Source: an uncultured Gemmatimonadales bacterium
GTDB lineage: Bacteria; Gemmatimonadota; Gemmatimonadetes; Gemmatimonadales; GWC2-71-9
Assembly: GCA_963730185.1 (NCBI GenBank)
Contig: CAVSQW010000005.1
Span: 64,001 to 128,000, forward strand
DNA: 64,000 nt
Direction of reading: 5' to 3'
Below, one piece after another: positions 49,418 to 58,589 of this stretch (positions are counted from its first letter, which is position 1; each line of letters starts with the position of its first letter). The notes beneath the pieces are model-generated. The model did no database searches, was not told the DNA's origin, and saw only the letters and a program-made list of their open reading frames with translations. Made by a program: the position numbers and the translations under genes.

Positions 49418-50053
49418 ATGAGACGCATCCTGATCGTCGCCACCGTGCTGACCGGGCTGGCCGGACGGCTCGCCGGGCAGGTCCCGGCGAGCGGACCGGA
49501 CCGGTTCTGCTTTCGGGGCCAGCCGAGGGAGGCGTGCCGAGGCTTCATGATTACTGAGACGGCCTACAGCTTCCGGCCCTCGCGCAACCCGCTCATCACC
49601 ACGGCCCCCGGTGGGGTGGTCCTGCCCTCGGTCGAGCTGGGGGCGATGCGCAACCTGAGTGACCGGGTCGCGATCGGCGGATCGGTCGGCGCCGGCTTCC
49701 TCGGTGATGTCTACCTGGCGGTCAAGCCGAGGCTTCGGGTTTGGCTCTCGCCCGAGTGGGCGGCGGACGTCTCCGCGGGGTACCTGGTCAAGCACTCGTA
49801 CGGCGTTTCGAACCTCACGGGCGACGTCTCGATCATGTTCCGCGACCAGTTGGGGGTCACCGCCCAGGCGTTCGTCGTGCCCGTCACCACCTATCGCCCG
49901 GAAGGCTACCTCACCAGGGACCAGCTCACCGTCTACCTCGGCGTCCGGTTCGGCTCCAAGCTCGGCGTCGCCGGGGCCATCGGCGATGCCACCGCATTCC
50001 TCGCGGTGCTCGGCGTCTACCTCATCGCCTGCGGCCGCGGCGGATGTGACTGA
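49418..50053 (+). CDS. Exported/membrane hypothetical protein, beta-strand rich with a C-terminal hydrophobic helix
   Basis: RBS GGAG, signal peptide, Cys pair, amphipathic strands, C-terminal TM segment ending ACGRGGCD. Confidence 0.7.
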   Translation: MRRILIVATVLTGLAGRLAGQVPASGPDRFCFRGQPREACRGFMITETAYSFRPSRNPLITTAPGGVVLPSVELGAMRNLSDRVAIGGSVGAGFLGDVYLAVKPRLRVWLSPEWAADVSAGYLVKHSYGVSNLTGDVSIMFRDQLGVTAQAFVVPVTTYRPEGYLTRDQLTVYLGVRFGSKLGVAGAIGDATAFLAVLGVYLIACGRGGCD

Positions 50054-50059
50054 CTCGGC

Positions 50060-51589
50060 TCACCGGGTGCGATCGAACGTCGCGGTCACCCACAGGTAGA
50101 GGTCGAGTCGCGCCGCGCGGCGGTCGCCATCGATCGTGAAGTTGAGGTAGTTGGCGCCCCGGGCAGGGTTCCGCCAGTGCGCTTGGAAGGTGTCATACTG
50201 GACGGGCTCGAGCTCGCCCTCGAACTCGGTGCCATAGCGGAGCACCAGCTTGCCATTCTCGAGCCGGACGGTCGCGTCGCCCCAGGCGTCGTGATGATAG
50301 GTCCCGACGTACCGGGCCAGCGGCAGGGTGGGCGACGTGCCCGTCACCCGTCTCGCGGCCATCGTCGCCTTCTCGGCGGCTTCCGCGGCGTCGATCGCCT
50401 TCCGGGTCGCCTCGAAGTAGCGGCCGCTCCAGTCGGCCGGTGGCCGGCCCAGGGCCGCATCGACGACTCGCATCATCAGGGCGGCGGGCAGCTGGTTCCC
50501 GTTCAGGTTGCTCAGCACCACCACGCCGACGTTGGCCTCGGGAACGAGTCCCACCATCGCGCTCATCCCGTCGATCCCGCCCCCGTGCTGGAGCATCAGC
50601 CGGCCGTGGTAGTCGCTCATGATCCAGCCCAACCCGTACGCCATGAAGTGGGCATCCGGACTCATCTCGGCCCAGGCGCCCTCGCGGCGGATCATGATCT
50701 GGGGCATCCGCATCTCGTCCAGGTAGGCCCGGCTCACCAGCTGATGGCCGTTCCAGGTTCCGCCCGCCAGCTGGAAGCGGAGCCACTGCGCCATGTCGCG
50801 CACGTTCGAGTTGATCCCGCCGGCGGCCGCGGTGTTGTCCATGTTCCGCCAGGGCACCGGCAGGGGCGCATCGGGCCGAGGGTCGTGCGGGGTCGCGACG
50901 TTCCCGGCCGCGGACGGCAAGTCGCGAATGGACGTCACCGTCTCCGTCATGCCAAGTGGGTCGAGGATGCGGCGATGGATGACGCTGTCCCACGGCTCAC
51001 CCGCGACCGCGGCGAGCGCCTGCCCCGCCGCGATGACCATCACGTTCGAGTAATCGAACCGGGAGCGGAGGCTCCAGGTCTGAGGTAGGAAGCGGAGCCG
51101 CCGGACGATCTCGTTGCGGGAAAGCTCCCCACTGGCCCAGAGGAGATCGCCGCCGGCGACGCCGGTCCGGTGGCTCAGGAGGTCACGCAAGGTGACCTCG
51201 CGGGTGACGTAGGGATCCCGGAGCTCGAACCCTGGCAACAGCCGGGTGACCGGCGAGTCGAGCGAGAGCCGGTGCTCGTCGGCCAGCATCCCGATGGCGG
51301 TGGCGGTGAACGTCTTGGTGGCCGAGCCGATCGCGAAGAGCGTGTGATCGTCGACCGGGGCGGGCTCACCGATCGTCCGAACCCCATAACCCTTGGCCAC
51401 CACGACCCGGTCGCCCTCCACGACGGCCAGGGCCAGGCCGGGCACCTTCCACTGCTGCATCGCCGAGGCGACGTAGGCGTCGAGGCCGGCGTACCGTCCG
51501 GCGGGCGATTGCGCGAGTGCGGGCCCCGCGCCGAGCAGCGCCAGCCCAGCGAGCCCGAACCGCGCGCTCCAGCGGGAGCGGTCGGTCAC
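50060..51589 (-). CDS. Exported serine hydrolase (beta-lactamase class C-like, with DUF3471)
   Basis: GSATK (SxxK), LLSHRTG, YSN, HGGG, LARYVGTY..AWG; GTG start at 51589. Confidence 0.92.
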   Translation of the reverse strand: MTDRSRWSARFGLAGLALLGAGPALAQSPAGRYAGLDAYVASAMQQWKVPGLALAVVEGDRVVVAKGYGVRTIGEPAPVDDHTLFAIGSATKTFTATAIGMLADEHRLSLDSPVTRLLPGFELRDPYVTREVTLRDLLSHRTGVAGGDLLWASGELSRNEIVRRLRFLPQTWSLRSRFDYSNVMVIAAGQALAAVAGEPWDSVIHRRILDPLGMTETVTSIRDLPSAAGNVATPHDPRPDAPLPVPWRNMDNTAAAGGINSNVRDMAQWLRFQLAGGTWNGHQLVSRAYLDEMRMPQIMIRREGAWAEMSPDAHFMAYGLGWIMSDYHGRLMLQHGGGIDGMSAMVGLVPEANVGVVVLSNLNGNQLPAALMMRVVDAALGRPPADWSGRYFEATRKAIDAAEAAEKATMAARRVTGTSPTLPLARYVGTYHHDAWGDATVRLENGKLVLRYGTEFEGELEPVQYDTFQAHWRNPARGANYLNFTIDGDRRAARLDLYLWVTATFDRTR

Positions 51590-51621
51590 CTGGATCGAGC
51601 TCGCCGGCCGGCTCGGATCGG

Positions 51622-52164
51622 TCAGCTGCCGCCGCGCCGCTGGGCGGTGGGCGGGAGAATGCCGTTCAAGCGAAGATAGATCGCCAGCTGGCTGTAATGG
51701 TCCACCAGGTCGATCACGTACCCGAGTGCCGCGGCGGCCTTGGGCCGGCTCCGCCCGAACATCTGCACCTCGTCGGTCAGGTGGTCGTCCGTCAGCTTGT
51801 TCATGGCCTGGTCGCAGAACTCGAACGATGTCTTGAGCTCGTCGATCAGCGTGTCTTTGGGCTCGGTCCCGTCGCGATCGGGCAGGGTCGCGCCCTTCTC
51901 GCCACCGATGGCGCTGCAGAGGGCATAGTTGGCCTGGGCGATGTGGTGGGCCACGAAGCCGAAGGTGAGCTGGGCGTCGGTCGGTTTGAAGCCGTATTTG
52001 TCGGCGGGCATTGCTTCGAACGCCTTGACGATGTTCGCCGCGTAGCGCGAGGCGGTGCCGCGATAGGTCTCGGAGATCGGATTGGCCGAACCACCCGCTT
52101 GAGCGGCGAGCGCGGGGGGTAGCCCAGTCATGACTGCGAGCACGAAGAAACCAGTATGACGCAT
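51622..52164 (-). CDS. Exported DinB-family protein
   Basis: Sec signal, MPADKYGFKPT, HIAQAN.ALC, DHYSQLAIYLRLNGILPP. Confidence 0.88.
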   Translation of the reverse strand: MRHTGFFVLAVMTGLPPALAAQAGGSANPISETYRGTASRYAANIVKAFEAMPADKYGFKPTDAQLTFGFVAHHIAQANYALCSAIGGEKGATLPDRDGTEPKDTLIDELKTSFEFCDQAMNKLTDDHLTDEVQMFGRSRPKAAAALGYVIDLVDHYSQLAIYLRLNGILPPTAQRRGGS

Positions 52165-52276
52165 GAGGCACTCCAGATCAGAGGCGACAGGGGTGATCGC
52201 ACAGTGATTTTGCCGCTCGCGGCCGGGTTGCGCAAGCTGGGTGGCCGGCGATCGAACCCGACCGTAGGTTGGGAAC

Positions 52277-53454
52277 ATGAAGGTCGCGATCAGCGGCGCC
52301 GGGGTTGCCGGGCCCTCCCTCGCCTTCTGGCTCCTCCGGGCCGGCCACGACATCACCCTGATCGAAAAGGCGCCCGCCTTCCGAACCGGCGGCTACCTCG
52401 TCGACTTCTGGGGCCTCGGCTACACCGTCGCCGAGCGGATGGGTATCCTGCCGGCCGTTCGGGAGGCGGGATATCCGGTCCAGGAGGTCCGCCCTGTCGA
52501 CGGGCGGGGCCGAAAGGCCGGCGGGTTCTCCGCCGACGTGTTCCGGCGGATCACCGGCGACCGGTTCACCAGCCTCCCCCGCGGCGATCTCGCGGCGATC
52601 ATCTACCGCACCGTGGAGCCCAGCGTCGAGACCCTGTTCGCCACCAGCATCACGGCGCTGGAGCAGCACTCGAGGGGTGTCGCGGTGACGCTCGACTCCG
52701 GCAGCGAGCGGGCGTTCGACCTGGTGATCGGGGCGGACGGGCTCCACTCCCGGGTACGGGAGCTGGCCTTCGGGCCCGAGGCCCGATTCGAGCGACAGCT
52801 GGGCTACCGGGTGGCCGCGTTCGAGGTCGACGGCTACCGGCCCCGGGACGAGTTGGTCTACGTCGGCTACAACTCCCCCGGCCGGCAGATCGCGCGGTTC
52901 GCGCTCCGGGGCGGCCGGACCATGTTCATGTTCGTGTTCCTGACCGAGCATCTCCGCGGACCGGACCCGACCGACCTGGCCGAGCGGAAGGCGACGATCC
53001 GGCGGGTGTTCGGGAACGAAGGCTGGGAGTGCCCGGGATCCTCGAGGCGATGGACGGCGCGAGCGAGGTCTACTACGACCGGGTGAGCCAGATCCGGATG
53101 GACAGGTGGTACGACCGCCGGGTCATGCTGATCGGCGACGCGGCGGCGTGCGTCTCGCTGCTGGCCGGGGAGGGGACGGGACTCGCGATGACCGAGGCTT
53201 ATGTGCTGGCCGGAGAGCTGGCGTGGGCCCACGACGACTGGGGCATCGCGTTCCCCGAGCACGAGCGCCGGCTCCGCGCCTTTCTCCATGCCAAGCAGGA
53301 GTCGGCTCGAAAGTTTGCCGGGGCGTTCGCGCCCAGGACCCGGTTCGGGGTGTGGTTCCGGAACCAGGCCACCAAGCTGCTGGCGATTCCGCCGGTGGCG
53401 AACTATCTGGTGGGGCGTGACCTCAGGGACGAGGTGGAGATTCCGGAATACTGA
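52277..53454 (+). CDS. FAD-dependent monooxygenase/oxidoreductase, one frameshift near 53035
   Basis: GAGVAG, DLVIGADGLHS in the first frame; LIGDAA..SLLAGEGT.LA in the second frame. Confidence 0.88.
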
Positions 53455-53560
53455 GAGGGGGTGGGGAGGGATGGGGAGGGATGGGGAGGCCACCCTGCCC
53501 TGCCCGTTTCTCCCGTCTTTCCCCGTTCCCCGTCTCGCCCCGTCCCTCCCCATCTCCCCC
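53455..53560. repeat. G-rich/C-rich ~10-bp-period repeat forming an inverted repeat between convergent genes
   Basis: GGGGAGGGAT units on the left pair with CCCCGTCCCTCCCCATC on the right (16 of 17 nt match). Confidence 0.7.
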
Positions 53561-56524
53561 TACTCCTTCTTCTCCCCCACCACGTCGTTCCAGTTCAGGA
53601 TCGAATTGAAGATCATGTTGAACTCGCCGTGGTTCTGCCAGCGATAGATCGGGTTGTTCGAGAACATGATCACCCGCCCGTGCCCGTGGTACGCTTCCGG
53701 GATGTCGACCGCGAAGGGACGGTTCTTGAGCGAGTCGGCGCCGGTCATCAGGCCCGACAAGACCGACTTCTCGCCGCCGACGTAGCGGGCCAGGACGTCG
53801 CCCTCGTTGGCGATGCCCACCCGGAACGGCTGCCCGCCGACGTATTTGATCGGGAGAGTCTTCTTCTCGTAGCCGTAGAAGACGGGGTTGTCCATCCGGA
53901 CGATCTCGCCCTCGACCAGCGGACGCTGGGCCCGAAGTCCCTGCACCGGCGCCGTCTCCACCGTACCCGCCCAGCCGAAGTCGATCGGGAGCCGGGCCGC
54001 CGCGCCGACGGCGACGAGCGTACCGCCCTGATCGAGGAAGGCCTCGAAGGCGTCGACGCCCTTCTGGCCGAAGCCGCCGGTGATGTCGGCCGACTGGCCG
54101 TACATCCCCAGGAACTGATACTTGGCGCTCTTTTGGTAGGGGACCGGCTTCAGGTTCGGCTTCTGCATCACCGTCCGCTTGCTGAGGTCCTGCTCGGCCA
54201 CCAGAATCACGTCGTACTTGGCGCGCAGCCCGCCCTGCTCCACCTGCTCCTTGAAGATCAGGTCGTAGGGAATCCCGAACTCGTCGAAGGTGAGCCGGTA
54301 CCACCCCAGGTTCTGGGTTCCGCTCCACGCGGAGTAGATGGCGATCCGGGGCACGTCGGCGTCGTGCATCGGGACGCTGGGCGCGCTCGGGAGCAGCGCC
54401 CCGTCGAGCCCCAGCTCCTCGGCCGCCGCGCGGGCCGGCGCGACCGAGGCCGGATCGGTGATCACGAACGATCCCGCCGGGAACTCCATCCCCTCGGCCT
54501 TGAAGCTCTGCTCCGCGATCTTCATCGGCACGCCCTTCAGCCGGTAGCGGAAGGTCACCATGTTGTTCGAGCCGACGTGCGCCACCGCCAGGCCGGCGCC
54601 TCCGCTCCCGGTGAACTTGCCCCGTACCGACGGCATGGCCACCGGCGCCGTCGATACCTTCAGGATCGACGAGTCGGACACCTCGACCACGTCGACGTTC
54701 ATCGCGAGGCCCATGGTCCAGCCGCTGTCGTCGTAGGTGTTGAGCCGAGGATCGGGGTAGTCCTGCTTTTCGAGCAGGTTCTTGGCCAGCCGGCCGTAGG
54801 GCTGGTTCCGCTTGATCACGTACGAGCCCGCCGGGTAGGTCGTGGTGTCGACCTTGAACGCCTTGCTGGCCGTGCCCACCTCGATGTGCTGCCGCCGGAG
54901 GATCCGCACCAGCTCCGCCGCCCGGGTCATGTCGCGCTGGACCGGAATCACGTAGCCGTACGGGGCCTCGGTGGTGCCGTCCTCGATCGCGTTGTGGGTC
55001 TTGACGTAGAAGTTTTCCAGCACGGTGGCGGGAAACATCGACGCCAGCTGGAGGGCGGAGAGGACGCCGGTCTCCATGTAGTTGGTGTTGGCCCGGCGGG
55101 TAAATTGGGCCGAGTCTTCCGGAGCGATCGGGATGCCGCGGTACCACTCGCGCTCCTGCTCGCCTCCCTTGCCGGTGGGGAGGTTGTTCCCACCGAACGG
55201 GCTGCCGCCACCACCGCCGGCGCGGATCCTCCGGCGTCCCCGAGCGGTCGAGTCCGCTTTGGTGGAATCGGCCTTGGTGGAATCGGCCTTGGTGGAATCG
55301 GACTTGGCCTTGGCGTCCTTCGCCTTGCTCTTGTCTTTGTCTTTACCACCGGCTTCGTCGAGGTCCCGGCCCGACTGGGTCTCGTACATCTTCATGATGC
55401 CGTTGTGATTGTACGACACGGAGCCGAGATAACCCGGCGACCACCCGTCCATGAAAGCGTGGGTGTAGACGCCCGGCATCCCGTACTTCGTCATCTGCGC
55501 CATCTCCCAGTCGCTGAACCAGGGCAGCTCGGAGAAGAGGAGCGGATCGAGATTGGGGTTCTGGGGCGGGCCGCCGCTGTAGGTGTACATCAGCGGCAGC
55601 GCCTCGTGCAGGTCGTGCATGATGGGCGGGTGGGCCGTGAAGTACCAGTCGGTGATGGCCCGCATCTGCACCAACTCGAGGTTGATGTCGCGGTTGTTGT
55701 CGTGGTAGACGTACTTGCCCCAGTAAGGCACCGACGGCAGACTGGCCCGGCGAATCGAGTCCGCCTTCGCGGTGTCGCGGGGTGCCGGCCGGGGTCCTTC
55801 GAAGGGCTCGAGACCGAGCTCGAGGCGCTGGTAGAACCAGTCCACGTTCCGGTCGCGTCCGTCGGCGTCGGCCACCGGCGTGATGGAGACGTAGAGATTG
55901 TTCCGGATCCGACTCACCAACGGTGACGTCTCGGTGGCCAGCCGGTAGGCCAGCTCCATCAGCATTTCGGATGGCCCGGTCTCGCCGCTGTGGAGCCCGC
56001 CCATCAGGTGGTAGTGCGGCTTGGTGGTCTTGATCAGGTCGGCCACCTGCGACTGGCTCAGGCCGCGCGGGTCGGCCAGCTTGGCCAGGTTGGCGCGGTT
56101 GGTGGCCAGGTTCCGCAGGTTCTCCTCGGAGCTGACCCAGACCACCACCAGCTCACGGCCCTCGTCGGAGCGGCCGATGCGTCTCGACCCTCACCCGCGG
56201 GGTCGCGGCGGCCAGGGCCCGGTAGTAGCGGAGCTGGTCGGCGTAGTAGGTGAGTTTCTTGGGCGCGCCGATGTAGTAGCCGAGCACGTCCTTGGGCGTC
56301 GGAATCCCGGGCACCAGCGGGAGGTGATCGACCAGGGGGCTTCCGAGCTTGGGATTGGGCAGCCACGCCTGGTAGGCCTTGGCAAAGTCGGGATCCTGCT
56401 TCTGGGCGGGGTCCCGGGTCTCGATGCTGACCTGCTGGGCGGCGACGGGGACGGCGAACGGGGCGGCCAGGATCGCGCCAAGCGTCAGGGCCCGGGCGGT
56501 CGAGAGGACCGATCGGAGGGGCAT
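53560..56524 (-). CDS. Exported M14-family zinc carboxypeptidase-like protein, one frameshift near 56179
   Basis: Signal peptide; GLHSGE, DADGRD, DNNRD, HDLHE. Removing one base restores VETIGRSDEGREL. Confidence 0.9.
55246..55305 (-). repeat. Intragenic 15-bp tandem repeat x4 encoding K(S/A)DST
   Basis: ggtggaatcggcctt-type units at 55246, 55261, 55276 and 55291. Confidence 0.9.
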
Positions 56525-56658
56525 TGGGATTTCCTCGGAGTTGAGACAGCGGGTGACCGGAGGGAATATAGAGGAACTGGCGGGGGACGGGGGTCGCCCC
56601 CCGAAACTGAGGCGGACCCGAGCCCGTAGGCGGGCGGAGACCCCCAAGGAGAAGGCGG

Positions 56659-57993
56659 ATGGCGCCGAGACGAGCGGGTTGCCTTGCCGTGGCCCTACTG
56701 CTAGGAGCCGGCAGGGCGGCGAGTGGGCAGGCGGCCGATCGGCATTTCTCCTCCGGCTACGCCGGGACGCTCCCGACCGACCCGAAAGACCTGGCCCGGA
56801 CCTATTTCAACGCCCCACCCATCCGCCGCCTGATCTACCGACTCGAGAATGGACCGGCGACGAGGGGGGAGGTCGACTCCGCCCTGGCCGGCACCGATTT
56901 CAGCGCCGACGAGTTGCTCAGACTCAAGATCCTGAGCCAGACCGACGGGCGGTTCCAGATCGGCTTCAACTACTTCAGCGCGTCCGACATGGAAGCCATT
57001 CACCGGGCGGCCGCCCGGTACGTCCCGACGCTGGTGGCGGGCTACCTGGCGAAGCGGGCCGAGCTCCGGCAGATCCTGGCCGCCTACCCCGCCAAGTCCG
57101 TGCCCGAGCCTCGGCTCGCGTTCGCCTTGATCGCCGGCATCTCGCTCAACTGGGACGGCCTCAAGATCGGGCTCGAGAAGGGATATCGCCGGCCCAACCT
57201 GGTGACCGGCCCAGGATGGAAGTACAGCTTCTGGGCATCCGAGACCGTCCCCAATCACTCGTCCCGCGACTTCATCTGGGGGAGCACCACCTTCCCCGCC
57301 GGATCGTTCAACTATCGGGTCGATCCGGTGGACTATGCGTTCTCGTCGTTCGGCGACCCGGCCAGCGATCCCCGAATGAACTTGCCGGATCTTCTCTATC
57401 TCCCGCGCTCGGAATTGCCCGAGCCGGTGCAGCGGCTCGCGGCGGCGGTCGGCTTTCACGACGAGAGCCGATTCGGCATGGACTTCAAGGATGTGCTGGG
57501 GTTCGACGTGGGTCGGCCGATCGCGACCTTGCTCTTCGCGCTCCGGCGAGGACCCCGGACGCCGGCCGACCTGACGCCGTTGGTGCCGCCGGCGTGGCGA
57601 GCGCGGGTCCCGGCGATCCTCGACCTGTTGGCCGAGGTGCAGTACCTCTCGGTCGACCGGGGCGGTCGGTATCATCTGACCATGCCGGTCCTGGACCGGG
57701 ACGACGCCGTCATGACCGGGGCGGCGCTCGCCCTGAGTCGTCAGGTCGTCGAGGCGTGGCTGGCCGAGTGCTACGGGCCGATCAAGGCCGATCTGGCGGG
57801 ACTCACGGCGATTCGCCAGGGAGTGGCGTACCAATCGCTCTTCACCCAGATCTGGCACGAGCTGTTCGGGTTGGCGACCAAGCAGCTGGCGACGGCTGAG
57901 GTGATCGAGGACGCCCGGGGATCGTCGGTGCGGTACCCGGGCTCGTTGGCACTGCTTTGGCGAACCACTCTCTACCACCTCGACGCGCAGTAG
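56659..57993 (+). CDS. Exported hypothetical protein with an internal duplication of winged-helix-like units
   Basis: RBS AAGGAG, signal-like N-terminus, GC3-rich 444-aa frame. Confidence 0.75.
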   Translation: MAPRRAGCLAVALLLGAGRAASGQAADRHFSSGYAGTLPTDPKDLARTYFNAPPIRRLIYRLENGPATRGEVDSALAGTDFSADELLRLKILSQTDGRFQIGFNYFSASDMEAIHRAAARYVPTLVAGYLAKRAELRQILAAYPAKSVPEPRLAFALIAGISLNWDGLKIGLEKGYRRPNLVTGPGWKYSFWASETVPNHSSRDFIWGSTTFPAGSFNYRVDPVDYAFSSFGDPASDPRMNLPDLLYLPRSELPEPVQRLAAAVGFHDESRFGMDFKDVLGFDVGRPIATLLFALRRGPRTPADLTPLVPPAWRARVPAILDLLAEVQYLSVDRGGRYHLTMPVLDRDDAVMTGAALALSRQVVEAWLAECYGPIKADLAGLTAIRQGVAYQSLFTQIWHELFGLATKQLATAEVIEDARGSSVRYPGSLALLWRTTLYHLDAQ

Positions 57994-58010
57994 GACGTCC
58001 CTTTCCCGCC

Positions 58011-58589
58011 ATGACTCACCCGCTCACGGATCCCGCGCTCTGCGCCCGGCTCGAGACGGACGGCGTGACCTATCGCCGGTTCGACCACCCCGCGGTCTTC
58101 ACCTGCGAGGAGGCCTACCGGCTGGTCCCGGCGGACGCCGCCGGCGTCCAGACCAAAAACCTCTTCGTCCGGGACAAGAAGGGGAAGCGCCATTGGCTCC
58201 TGGTTACCAGCTGCGAGACGGCCGTCGACCTGAAGGCACTCGCGGCCCGGATCGGCGCCGACAACCTGAGCCTGGCCTCGCCCGACCGCCTGAGTCGGCT
58301 ACTTGGGGTAACCCCCGGCAGCGTGACCGTACTGGCGCTCCTGAACGATCCTGGCGGCCAGGTCGAGCTGCTCGTGGACCGGGCGGTCCGGGAGCAGCCG
58401 TGGCGCTGCCATCCGCTGGTGAATACGGCCACCCTGGTGCTGCCCTGGCCGAGCGTGGAACGGTTCCTCGCGGTCAGCGGGCACGAGCCAACGGTGATCG
58501 ACGTTCCGGTCCGCGCCGCCCCGGGCGGCTCGACGCCGGCGGGTCAGCTCACCCGATCGGTGCCGCCTTCCCCGCCTCGGTCTGGTTGA
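58011..58589 (+). CDS. ProX/PrdX-like aminoacyl-tRNA editing protein (YbaK superfamily)
   Basis: HPAVFTCEE, TKNLFVRDKK, LSLAS, LGVTPGSVT, HPLVNTAT; ATG at 58011. Confidence 0.92.
   Translation: MTHPLTDPALCARLETDGVTYRRFDHPAVFTCEEAYRLVPADAAGVQTKNLFVRDKKGKRHWLLVTSCETAVDLKALAARIGADNLSLASPDRLSRLLGVTPGSVTVLALLNDPGGQVELLVDRAVREQPWRCHPLVNTATLVLPWPSVERFLAVSGHEPTVIDVPVRAAPGGSTPAGQLTRSVPPSPPRSG

Noticed and set aside
55246..55305. 15-bp repeats as a CRISPR array or contingency locus
   Set aside because: No spacers and no cas genes; the unit length is a multiple of 3 with synonymous variation, so it is a coding linker repeat.
53025..56185. Programmed frameshifting in the FAD oxidoreductase (~53035) and the M14 peptidase (~56179)
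   Set aside because: No slippery heptamer at either site; isolated indels in an assembly that shows indel errors elsewhere.
58549..58589. 41-bp convergent overlap of the ProX-like gene and the VPS10 gene as a functional overlap
   Set aside because: The ProX-like tail beyond VIDVP is low-complexity run-on sequence; short convergent overlaps are common in GC-rich genomes.
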